Assembly (NCBI GenBank): GCA_964534625.1
Contig: CAZHRF010000024.1
Location: 18,417 to 44,397, forward strand
From: an uncultured archaeon
GTDB lineage: Archaea; Asgardarchaeota; Heimdallarchaeia; Heimdallarchaeales; Heimdallarchaeaceae
Direction: 5' to 3'
Length of the DNA stretch: 25,981 nt
Part shown: piece by piece, positions 1-8,462 of the stretch
How positions within the stretch are numbered: the first letter of the stretch is position 1
Layout: every line of letters begins with the position of its first letter
The notes under the pieces: model-generated
Databases searched by the model: none
The model's input: only the letters and a program-made list of their open reading frames with translations
Told to the model about the DNA's origin: nothing
Program-made: the position numbers and the translations under genes

Positions 1-50
1 ATACACACTTAACAGTGGACAAACGAAGATCAGGCCCGAGTAACGTATAG

Positions 51-215
51 TCAAACGGGATAAGTGTAATTAGCGACACGATTAAGATTGCGGGAAGCGT
101 TAAGGTCACTATCGAGCGTAAGAGCACAATGAAGACAAATAAAACATTTGCCCGTTCTCGTTCCGTCAGTATCACATCGAATGTATTCAATAAGCGAGAG
201 AGTTCGGATATCACT
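51..215 (-). pseudogene. tnpB: C-terminal remnant of IS200/IS605-family TnpB (Zn ribbon + RuvC-III)
   Basis: Minus-strand frame between TAG (216-218) and TGA (51-53) reads SDIRTLSLIEYIRCDTDGTRTGKCFICLHCALTLDSDLNASRNLNRVANYTYPV*. This matches the TnpB tail CxxC...R.G..F.CxxC....D.D.NAS.N, with the first Cys changed to Tyr. No start codon; not in the ORF track. Confidence 0.85.
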
Positions 216-307
216 CTAGTTTGTCTTCTTCAAAGAATATTGCATATTCATGTCATATCCACACATTTTATATATTGAGAATTGTTTTTTTGCCATAGGC
301 GATTTTT

Positions 308-1624
308 ATGGGTTATAATGAATTAAATATCCTTAGGAAACATATGCTTGTAGATGGCTTTCCTATTATTCTTGATTTAGAAAAAAGTTTAGGGTGTAGA
401 ATTGTTGACAAAAAAACGGGGAATAAATATTTGGATTTCTTCTCATTTTTTGCTTCAGCTCCCCTTGGTATGAACCATCCTGCTTTAACAACAAAAGAGT
501 TTATGAATAAACTAGCTAAAGTTGCAGTAAATAAACCGAGTAGCTCAGACTTTTATACTTCAGAAATGGTAGAATTCGTTGAAACATTCTCCAAGGTAGC
601 CATCCCAGATTTTCTTCCTAATCTTTTTATGATATCTGGAGGTGCATTAGCAGTTGAAAATGCGCTTAAAAGTGCTTTCGATTGGAAAGTAAGGAAGAAT
701 TTTGAAAAGGGTATAAAAGAAGAAAAAGGTCATCAAGTGATTCATTTTGAACAATCTTTCCACGGAAGAAGCGGATATACATTGACGTTAACTAACACTT
801 TTGATCCAAGAAAAACAAAGTATTTTCCTAAATTTGATTGGCCTAGGATATCAACACCGAAGATAACTTTTCCCCTAGAAAAACATATAGATGAAGTTAA
901 AGAACGGGAGAACAAAGCGTTTCAAGAGATTAACCAAGCTTTTGAAGAAAGAGGAAATGACATAGCGGCAATAATCGTCGAGCCTATCCAAGCAGAGGGA
1001 GGAGACAATCATTTTCGCAAAGAATTTTTCGAGGGATTAAGGGAGATTGCTGATCAAAATGAAGTAATTCTAATATATGATGAAATACAAACTGGAGCAG
1101 GATTAACCGGTAAGTTTTGGTGTTTTGAACATTTTGGCCCTAAAGCTCGCCCCGATATAATCGGTTTTGGTAAAAAGATGCAAGTGTGTGGTATTCTAGC
1201 CTCTGATAGAATCAAAGAAGTTGAAAATAATGTATTTGAAGAATCAAGTAGGATTAACAGTACATGGGGAGGTAATCTCGTTGATATGGTTAGGGCAACA
1301 AAATATTTAGAAGTCATAGAAGAAGAAAGCTTGGTGCTCAATGCACAAAAGAAAGGTGAGTATTTAATGAAACATCTTTATGAGATCCAAGAAGAAAATC
1401 CTGATCTTCTCTCAAATGTACGAGGAAAAGGATTATTTACTGCTTTTGATTTACCTACTACCGAACAACGAGATAAAGTTAAGAAGAAAGCATTTGATAA
1501 AAAAGCATTATTCTTAAAATGTGGAGATCGCTCTATTCGTTTCCGTCCTCCGTTAATTATTACAGAAGAGGAAATAGACGAAGGGATGGGCATTTTAAGG
1601 GAATGCTTGAAGGCCATTCAATGA
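308..1624 (+). CDS. lat: L-lysine 6-aminotransferase (class III PLP aminotransferase)
   Basis: YLDFFSFFAS, GALAVENALK, FHGRSGYTL, EPIQAEGGD, DEIQTG, PLP lysine in FGKKMQVCG and SSRINSTWGGN are all diagnostic of Lat. Confidence 0.93.
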   Translation: MGYNELNILRKHMLVDGFPIILDLEKSLGCRIVDKKTGNKYLDFFSFFASAPLGMNHPALTTKEFMNKLAKVAVNKPSSSDFYTSEMVEFVETFSKVAIPDFLPNLFMISGGALAVENALKSAFDWKVRKNFEKGIKEEKGHQVIHFEQSFHGRSGYTLTLTNTFDPRKTKYFPKFDWPRISTPKITFPLEKHIDEVKERENKAFQEINQAFEERGNDIAAIIVEPIQAEGGDNHFRKEFFEGLREIADQNEVILIYDEIQTGAGLTGKFWCFEHFGPKARPDIIGFGKKMQVCGILASDRIKEVENNVFEESSRINSTWGGNLVDMVRATKYLEVIEEESLVLNAQKKGEYLMKHLYEIQEENPDLLSNVRGKGLFTAFDLPTTEQRDKVKKKAFDKKALFLKCGDRSIRFRPPLIITEEEIDEGMGILRECLKAIQ

Positions 1625-1643
1625 AAGTTATTCAATGAAAGTA
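1616..1643 (+). repeat. 14-bp tandem duplication spanning the lat stop codon
   Basis: attcaatgaaagtt (1616-1629) followed by attcaatgaaagta (1630-1643). Confidence 0.8.
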
Positions 1644-1798
1644 ACTCAATAACTTTTTCCTCTATTTTATCAATTTTCTGCATTTTTTTCAACTACCCCC
1701 AATCATATTTTTCAACCAAATACCACATGAGTTGCTTCACTTATAAATAAATGAAAAAAATCAGAAATGAAAATTAACTATTCTGATTTATTTAAGTT

Positions 1799-2338
1799 TC
1801 AATCGTTATTTAGTTGTTCCTTTAGTTCTTGAACATAGATCTCATAATCATGTTTGCTAAAAAGAACAAATCTTATTTTTTTAACATGTTCAAGATTGGG
1901 CACTTTCTCTAATATTGTTTTAATGGTTATTCCTGTCGCCTTTTTGATAGGATAGCCAAATGCTCCTGTTGATATAGCTGGAAAAGCAATAGAATCAATT
2001 TTATGTTGATCAGCTAAAGTTAATGCATTACGATAGCAATTTGATAATAAAACATTTTCAGGTTCATCTACTCCATAAATAGGGCCTAAACAATGGATAA
2101 CAAATTTATTAGGGAGATCATAAGCTGAAGTAATAACAGTCTCTCCTGGTTTAATAGGGGCTAACGGTCTGCATTCTTCTTCGAGTTCAGGTCCAGCTGC
2201 ACGGTGAATAGCTCCAGCTACTCCTCCTCCGATCCTCAGATTAGCATTGGCAGCATTAACAACAGCAGTAATATCGGGTTGAAATACAATATTGCCTTGG
2301 ACACATTCTAAAGTTATACCGGATACTGATACTTTCAT
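1799..2338 (-). CDS. Macrodomain protein (MacroD/YmdB-type O-acetyl-ADP-ribose deacetylase / ADP-ribosylhydrolase)
   Basis: AVVNAAN, GGGVAGAIHRAAG, VIHCLGP and PAISTGAFGYP motifs are intact. ATG at 2338 (MKVSVSG) preferred over the longer ORF start at 2395. Confidence 0.93.
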   Translation of the reverse strand: MKVSVSGITLECVQGNIVFQPDITAVVNAANANLRIGGGVAGAIHRAAGPELEEECRPLAPIKPGETVITSAYDLPNKFVIHCLGPIYGVDEPENVLLSNCYRNALTLADQHKIDSIAFPAISTGAFGYPIKKATGITIKTILEKVPNLEHVKKIRFVLFSKHDYEIYVQELKEQLNND

Positions 2339-2521
2339 GTTTAATATTTTAAATTGGTTATACATAATTGTTTTGCAAGATTTACTTTCAATCAAAAATG
2401 AGATTTCATAACATACAATACAACAATTATTTAAAGGTTAATTGAGAATTATTCTTGTATGGATTAATACCCGTTTAGAGGGTTTTTCCCTAGTACTTAA
2501 GAAATTAGAAAAGTGATGAAT

Positions 2522-4066
2522 ATGGCAAAATTAATTGAATGTGTTCCAAATTTTAGTGTAGGAAAAGACAAACAAGTTTTAGATGCAATCGTACAATCTA
2601 TGGAGATGGCGGGTTCTATTAGCTTACTTGATTCTAGAATGGATCCTAGTCACAATCGAGCTGTAGTAACATTTGTAGGTGAACCAGAAGAATGTTTTAA
2701 AGCTGCATTTGCAGGGTGTAAGAAAGCAGCAGAATTGATTGATATGGATAAACATGAAGGTGAACATCAACGCTTTGGTGCTACTGATGTCATACCCTTT
2801 ATTCCATTACAAGAAACTACAATAGAAGAATGTACGGAATTAGCCCGTAAATTAGGTGAAAAAATAGGTGAAGAATTAGGTATACCTGTCTATCTGTATG
2901 GAGAAGCAGCATTAAGATCAGATAGAAAAGTTTTACAAAAATACCGTAAACCTTCTTTCCAATATGAAGAACTTAAAGGAGCTATAGAAAAAGATGAAAA
3001 CTATAAACCTGATTATGGTCCATCTAAATTGCCTAAAGCTGGAGCAACAAATATTGGAGCAAGAGAATTTTTGATAGCTTATAATATTTATTTAAGTACA
3101 GATGATATAGAAATAGCAAAAAACATTTCTAGGGCGATTAGAGAAAGTGGAGGAGGATTAAAAGGTATACAAGCTGGGGCTATGAGAATAAAAGAAGCAA
3201 ATTGTGTACAAGTCTCTATGAACATTGTAAATTACAAAGTAACACCTATCCACCAAGTATTAGAAATGACAAGGCGAGAAGCGGATCGATATGGTGTTCT
3301 GGTAACAAAAACAGAAGTGTATGGTATGTTACCTCAAGAGGCGTTAATTGAGGGAGCTAAATACTATATTCAATTGAATGACTTCGACGATATGCAAATT
3401 ATTGAGAAAAAGATAGCTCAAGTTGAAGAAACAGGAGAAAATAGATTAATAAATCTAAAAATGACATCATTCTTGAATGAATTAGCATCTGATAGCCCAG
3501 CGCCTGGAGGAGGATCTGCAGCTTGTGTAACCGCAGCTATGGGAGCAGCTTTGGGATCGATGGTTTCTAATCTAACTATAGGTAAAGAAAAATATCAAAA
3601 GGTAGAAGAGTTCTTCAAAGAAAAAGTACAAAAAACAGAAGAATTACGCAAGAAATTAACTAAACTTGTCTACAAAGACGCTAATGCTTTTTCAGGGGTC
3701 ATTCAAGCTTTTAAGATGCCTAAAGAAACAGAAGAACAAAAAGCAGCTAGATCTGCAAAGATCCAAGAAGAATACAAACATGCGGCTGATATACCAATGG
3801 AAACTTGTAGAACGTGTCGAGAAGTGATTGATCTATTGGATGAAATGGGTACAAAAGGCAACGCACATGCTTTATCTGACGTAGCAGTAGGAGCTTTGTG
3901 TGCTTTAACAGGACTAAAATCTGCCGCTCTTAATGTCAAAATTAACATACCTGCAATAAAAGATGAAGAATATGTCAAAGAGACAAGAAAGGAATTAAAT
4001 GAACTCCTTGAAGGCGCAGATGAAAAAGTTAACAAACTTGTAGCAGAAATAGAAAAAACATTTTAA
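2522..4066 (+). CDS. ftcd: Bifunctional glutamate formiminotransferase / formiminotetrahydrofolate cyclodeaminase
   Basis: N-terminal LIECVPNFS, HNRAVVT and catalytic His in GEHQRFGATDVIPF; C-terminal cyclodeaminase PAPGGGSAA, KDANAF and GNAHALSD. Start could be 2513, 2516 or 2522. Confidence 0.95.
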   Translation: MAKLIECVPNFSVGKDKQVLDAIVQSMEMAGSISLLDSRMDPSHNRAVVTFVGEPEECFKAAFAGCKKAAELIDMDKHEGEHQRFGATDVIPFIPLQETTIEECTELARKLGEKIGEELGIPVYLYGEAALRSDRKVLQKYRKPSFQYEELKGAIEKDENYKPDYGPSKLPKAGATNIGAREFLIAYNIYLSTDDIEIAKNISRAIRESGGGLKGIQAGAMRIKEANCVQVSMNIVNYKVTPIHQVLEMTRREADRYGVLVTKTEVYGMLPQEALIEGAKYYIQLNDFDDMQIIEKKIAQVEETGENRLINLKMTSFLNELASDSPAPGGGSAACVTAAMGAALGSMVSNLTIGKEKYQKVEEFFKEKVQKTEELRKKLTKLVYKDANAFSGVIQAFKMPKETEEQKAARSAKIQEEYKHAADIPMETCRTCREVIDLLDEMGTKGNAHALSDVAVGALCALTGLKSAALNVKINIPAIKDEEYVKETRKELNELLEGADEKVNKLVAEIEKTF

Positions 4067-4083
4067 GGAATAGTATCGATAAC

Positions 4084-4105
4084 TCTTTTTATTTTTCATT
4101 TTTTT
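4084..4105 (+). terminator. Archaeal oligo-T terminator after ftcd
   Basis: tctttttatttttcattttttt about 20 nt after the stop codon. Confidence 0.6.
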
Positions 4106-4130
4106 ATAAACTAAAAGCTTACTTTGAGAT

Positions 4131-4238
4131 TAGTACTTCCGAAATAGTGTGTAAGCATATCTAAATGTATGCCAAGTACCATTTAGATCTATTTTTAACC
4201 CGTCTTAGTTGGTTTTATTTCTTAATTCGGAAGTACTG
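4131..4238. mobile_element. 108-bp MITE with 13-bp terminal inverted repeats and 5-bp target-site duplication (ISH3-like ends)
   Basis: Left end tAGTACTTCCGAA (4131-4143) and right end TTCGGAAGTACTg (4226-4238). Identical GAGAT flanks both sides (4126-4130 and 4239-4243). Internal IR atctaaatg/catttagat (4159-4167, 4180-4188). No ORF inside. Confidence 0.85.
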
Positions 4239-4464
4239 GAGATAAGTTACTTGTCACAAGGAAAGTTTTTATTATTTGTTTTGGTGATATTGAGAAAAAA
4301 TCAGGACTATTTTTTGATATTCTATCTTTGACACTTTTTAGACTTCGCTTCAACATCTTGTTAGAATAAAATATGCCTGTATGGTCTATATTTTGTTTTT
4401 TTAAACTAAATCGCCAAATTGGTTGAATAGACACTTTAAAAAGGATTAAGAAAATAGATACAAA

Positions 4465-5013
4465 ATGCTCTCCAAAGACAAATTAAAAACAATTTTAGAT
4501 CCTATAGATGGTAAAATTGAAAATAACAATAATTTACGATTGGGGGCAGTTTTAATACCCTATTTTGTTAATTTAGATAGTATACTTTTCATAAAACGAA
4601 CAGAGACAATGAAGAACCATCCAGGTGAAATAGCTTTACCTGGCGGAGGATATGAACTTAAAGACAAACATTTGATTAATACAGTACTTAGGGAAGCCTT
4701 TGAAGAAGTTGGATTGCATAGAACTGATATAAACTTATTAGGGAGATTACCGCCTATACCTACCACAAGTTACTTTTTTGTGTATCCTTATGTAGGATTA
4801 ATAGAAAAAGAGGTTATATTGAAGATTCAAGAATCTGAAGTTGAATATGCTTTTTTTGTTAAACTTGCAGATTTATTGAACAAAGACAAACAAAAATTGA
4901 TTGTGAGAGAAGATGGGAAAAAGCACCTTGCCTATCAAGTTGAGGGTATAACAATTTGGGGGGCAACTGCCGCCATAATAAAGGAGTTCTTGAGAAGACT
5001 TCAATCAAAATAA
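4465..5013 (+). CDS. CoA pyrophosphatase-type Nudix hydrolase (NudL/Pcd1/NUDT7 family)
   Basis: LFIKRTETMKNHPGEIALPGG CoA motif, Nudix box LREAFEEVGL, C-terminal IWGATA. Confidence 0.9.
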   Translation: MLSKDKLKTILDPIDGKIENNNNLRLGAVLIPYFVNLDSILFIKRTETMKNHPGEIALPGGGYELKDKHLINTVLREAFEEVGLHRTDINLLGRLPPIPTTSYFFVYPYVGLIEKEVILKIQESEVEYAFFVKLADLLNKDKQKLIVREDGKKHLAYQVEGITIWGATAAIIKEFLRRLQSK

Positions 5014-5101
5014 TTTATGCTTAAGATGTCTCGCAAAATCAAAGTTTATTGTCATAAACCGCCTTTTAAGTTTGAATGATTATTAAGAATTGGTTAAAAA
5101 T

Positions 5102-5341
5102 TTACCCTCCTCCAATTGGAGGAAATATCACGACTAAGTCATCTTCTTGAATAGAATCGGTTTTTTTCTTTCTATTTCCATTGACTAAAATTATCTTTGC
5201 GTCTTTTTCGGGAATATTTAAGATGTCTAAGACATCTTTAACTTTTGAATCTTCAGGTACTTCGATTTCAGTTTTTTCACCTAAGGGTACATCAGGAAGA
5301 TACTTTCTTAGTGTAGCGTATAATTTCACTTGTATGGTCAT
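5102..5341 (-). CDS. MoaD/ThiS/SAMP-family ubiquitin-like sulfur carrier
   Basis: MTIQVKLYATLRKY...ILVNG...DLVVIFPPIGGG with a C-terminal GG. Start at ATG 5341 (79 aa) rather than 5449. Downstream of aor. Confidence 0.92.
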   Translation of the reverse strand: MTIQVKLYATLRKYLPDVPLGEKTEIEVPEDSKVKDVLDILNIPEKDAKIILVNGNRKKKTDSIQEDDLVVIFPPIGGG

Positions 5342-5351
5342 AGTATCAGTG

Positions 5352-5720
5352 TTATTTGCTTTCATTTTCTTTTTCATCCTCCTTGTTGTTAGTTTTATTT
5401 TCTTCATTCCAATAAGACAATTTTTTATGTTTTTTCGATATAAACCCATGTCCTTTCAAATGTTGACCCCCACAGAGTAAATGCATCCCCGCTGCAAATA
5501 TGGCTACTCTTGATTCATTAGGAACAGCCTTAGAATAATCAGTAACTACTGTATGATTTACAAAGATTTCCCCCACATCTTCTTGTGTTAACTGGAGTTG
5601 ATCTAAGACATCAGATACAGTCATTTCTTTACTCCATTTCATTTCAATTATGGAATTGTCTGTAGCTGCAGACTTTTTGGCTAATTGCCGTAGTTTTCCA
5701 TAAAGGTAAATAGTAATCAT
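5352..5720 (-). CDS. MoaD/ThiS-fold protein with C-terminal His/Cys extension
   Basis: MITIYLYGKLRQL...TVSDVLDQL...IFVNH...SRVAIF beta-grasp pattern, then AAGMHLLCGGQHLKGHG and a charged tail. Start at ATG 5720 avoids overlap with aor. Confidence 0.8.
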   Translation of the reverse strand: MITIYLYGKLRQLAKKSAATDNSIIEMKWSKEMTVSDVLDQLQLTQEDVGEIFVNHTVVTDYSKAVPNESRVAIFAAGMHLLCGGQHLKGHGFISKKHKKLSYWNEENKTNNKEDEKENESK

Positions 5721-5754
5721 AAAAATCAAATCACAAAAAAAGAAAAAATGAAAC

Positions 5755-7542
5755 TTATAATTTATTCCATACTGCATCTAATTCTTCATTTGGTACATCA
5801 AAGGTAACATCATGTGGGGGTAACTTATATTTTGAGAAGAACTCAGGCAAACGGTCATCTTCCTTGGTAAACCCTGCATCTAAGTTGAATTGTCTTTCTA
5901 TTCGTAAGATTTTCTTGCCTTCTTCTGTGATATCATATTCATCTAAACCCAGGAAACCAGCAACGGTGTCATGTAAACCTTCCATACCTTCTTCTATATC
6001 TAAAATTGCAAAAGCAATGAATAGGCAATACCCACTTTGATCAATATATGCGGTTGTGGCTTGAAATGCTTGTGAAAGCTCTGCTTTTTCTAGTTTTCGA
6101 GGATCAACTTCTCCTCCAACACCTAATATTTCAGGCGCAATAGTATATCCAGCTGTGTGGTCAGCTCCCATTACTGTGGTTGCATATGTTACTCCAATTC
6201 CTTTAATTGCACGAGGATCATAGGCTGGAAGTGATTGCCCCTTAACTGTAGGGATTCTATCTACACCTAATTCTTTTCCTAGTGCTTCAGTTCCACTCAT
6301 GATAAGTTTTCTGTCTGGATCATCAGTATCATAGCATTTCTTTAAGTACTCAATGGCTGCTTCACCGTCACCCCAGGGTATTTCTCCTGCATCCATAGCT
6401 ACAGCTAAAGTACATCCAGTTTCAATAGTATCTAAGCCTAAATCATTGCACATACGGTTTAATTTCGCTAGGTGAGTGATATTTTTAATAGCACAATTTG
6501 TACCAATTGCCCATGCTGTCTCATATTCAAGTGGGCTTACAATTAATTCACCTGTTTCAGGATCAGGCATTGCATTCGAGCATTTAATTATACAACCTGG
6601 ATGGCATGCATGACCATACATTCCTTCATTCTTGTCCTCTCCGATTTTTTCATTGAGTTGATCTACTATTTCATGAAGCGCCTCACCAGAAACATCTTTT
6701 GCATGTTCCCAGTATCCTTCTCTAAAGTTTTTATGAGGTAAGGCCCCTGCTTCATTTAGAATATTTTGAAGAACATTTGTCCCATAGTTTTTTAGAGCAC
6801 CTTCATCCGTTCCTGCCTTGCCTCCTGTAATTGGATGTTCTTGGAGAGCAGAAACAAGTTTTTTACGCCCTTCTCTAAACATCTCGGGATTAGCAGCTTT
6901 GGGAACTTCACCCTTACTATCGTCAGTAATAATAGCGATTACTTTCTTAGAGCCTAATACTCCACCTAATCCCCCTCTACCCGCATATCTCCCAGGATCA
7001 GTATTTTCAGGGTTATTGCCAAAAATTCCAGCGTTTTTAGACTGTAATTGGCCAGCTATTCCACACCCTACTAAACCCGGTTCATTAGGATACTTCTTCC
7101 ATAATTTGTCAATGAGTTCATATAACCCCATGTTAGCAAATTCATTTGCAGGAACAATTTCTGCATTATCTTTTTCGATAAAAATATTGTACCAATCACC
7201 TGAAGAATCAGGTTGACCTTCTATTATTACAGCTCTAACTCCTAATCTAGCTAATTTGCGAGAAGTAATGCCACCAGCATTAGATTCTTTGATTCCACCT
7301 GTTAAAGGCGATTTGCCTCCGACACTAAGACGTCCAGATGAAGGAGCACTTGTACCTGAAAGAATACCTGGTGCAATAACTATTTTATTTTCTGGACCAA
7401 AGGGATCACTTTTTGGTGGTACTTCGTCAGCAACAATGCGACTGGTTAAACCTCTACCTCCAGCATTTTTGTATTTAGACGGAATTGTTTCGAAGTTGCA
7501 TGATAAATCGTTCATATTTATACGTAATATTTTAGGTTCCAT
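5755..7542 (-). CDS. aor: Tungsten-containing aldehyde:ferredoxin oxidoreductase family protein
   Basis: GGRGL, KSPLTGGIKESNAGG, AGRGGLGGVLGSK, Fe-S CHPGCIIKC plus GYCLF, EYET, NDLGLDTI, YDPR and DDRLP motifs. Confidence 0.95.
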   Translation of the reverse strand: MEPKILRINMNDLSCNFETIPSKYKNAGGRGLTSRIVADEVPPKSDPFGPENKIVIAPGILSGTSAPSSGRLSVGGKSPLTGGIKESNAGGITSRKLARLGVRAVIIEGQPDSSGDWYNIFIEKDNAEIVPANEFANMGLYELIDKLWKKYPNEPGLVGCGIAGQLQSKNAGIFGNNPENTDPGRYAGRGGLGGVLGSKKVIAIITDDSKGEVPKAANPEMFREGRKKLVSALQEHPITGGKAGTDEGALKNYGTNVLQNILNEAGALPHKNFREGYWEHAKDVSGEALHEIVDQLNEKIGEDKNEGMYGHACHPGCIIKCSNAMPDPETGELIVSPLEYETAWAIGTNCAIKNITHLAKLNRMCNDLGLDTIETGCTLAVAMDAGEIPWGDGEAAIEYLKKCYDTDDPDRKLIMSGTEALGKELGVDRIPTVKGQSLPAYDPRAIKGIGVTYATTVMGADHTAGYTIAPEILGVGGEVDPRKLEKAELSQAFQATTAYIDQSGYCLFIAFAILDIEEGMEGLHDTVAGFLGLDEYDITEEGKKILRIERQFNLDAGFTKEDDRLPEFFSKYKLPPHDVTFDVPNEELDAVWNKL

Positions 7543-7567
7543 TTTTATCGTATCTCATTTCTCGTTT

Positions 7568-7650
7568 TGAAATAATATTTAATTATTTCATTAATAATCT
7601 TCTTTTTTATAATTATAAAGGTTCCCAATTGTCAAATTGAATGTTAACAT
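7568..7650. promoter_or_regulatory. aor promoter region with TATA palindrome and operator-like inverted repeats
   Basis: TGAAATAAT-n5-ATTATTTCA (7568-7590), TTTATAATTATAAA (7606-7619), CAATT-n4-AATTG (7626-7639), ATGTTAACAT (7641-7650). Confidence 0.5.
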
Positions 7651-7813
7651 AATGTATAAGTGTGTTACGAGGGATATTTTACAGCATTTGGTAGAGCTAG
7701 CTATGTGAAACAATACATATATTGAAAAGAACAAAAAAATAGGTGAATTATGAAATTAAGAGTAAATTTGGTAGGGGGGAAAAATATAAGAACAGAAAAT
7801 TCTTAATTTAAGT

Positions 7814-8344
7814 ATGTTTGATAGAATTAATCTTTCGCCAAAAATAGTGGGGCTATTAAATGCAGTTACTCCTGCTTTAATACTCTCTGGTACACTTTCC
7901 GAATTTAAAGCTGAGATCTCTACAAAATTCTTTAGCTTACAAAAAGAACAATTCTTTTCCACCTCTCAGCCTGAGATTTTGTTGCATTTACCAAAAATGG
8001 ATTATCCTGAAGAACTTACCTTAAATATTCTTAGAAAAGGTGATGATACAATAATCGAAAAAGTCTATCGCGAAGGAACATGCGATAGAGAAAAAATAAC
8101 CGCATCATCGAAAATTGGATCACCAACATACCAAAATTCTATATTGACATTGGAATTAAGAAAAGAAGAAGAATATATGATCATAAATAAACACAAAATA
8201 GCTATTTATGAAGTATTACACGGTTCTGGTGTAACTGGATTAGATACTGCGTTTAATGATGATATAACTTTGGCAAAGACTATTGAAGTAATGAGTCCAA
8301 CACAAGTTGATAATTTAGTTGTAAAAAAGAGGATAAAAGAGTAA
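7814..8344 (+). CDS. Hypothetical protein (possibly N-terminally frameshifted; true start may be 7750)
   Basis: 176-aa ORF with normal composition, divergent from aor; no family recognised. Upstream AGGTGA+ATG at 7741-7752 is one base out of frame. Confidence 0.65.
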   Translation: MFDRINLSPKIVGLLNAVTPALILSGTLSEFKAEISTKFFSLQKEQFFSTSQPEILLHLPKMDYPEELTLNILRKGDDTIIEKVYREGTCDREKITASSKIGSPTYQNSILTLELRKEEEYMIINKHKIAIYEVLHGSGVTGLDTAFNDDITLAKTIEVMSPTQVDNLVVKKRIKE

Positions 8345-8462
8345 TCATGCTAAATAAAGAGTAATAAAATTTCAAAGATCTAAGCTAAAAGCAGAAAACA
8401 ATCAGATAGCTATTGCTACAAATTTAGAAAAATTATTAATTATCTTCTTGTATCTCCTTTGT

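Noticed and set aside
131-228. Inverted repeat gaagacaaa / tttgtcttc suggesting a structured RNA or riboswitch upstream of lat
   Set aside because: Only 9 bp with an 80-nt loop, mostly inside the tnpB coding remnant; no lysine-riboswitch consensus recognised.
4222-4434. 70-aa minus-strand ORF
   Set aside because: No motif, non-ATG start, and it runs into the MITE terminal repeat; not a transposase fragment I can recognise.
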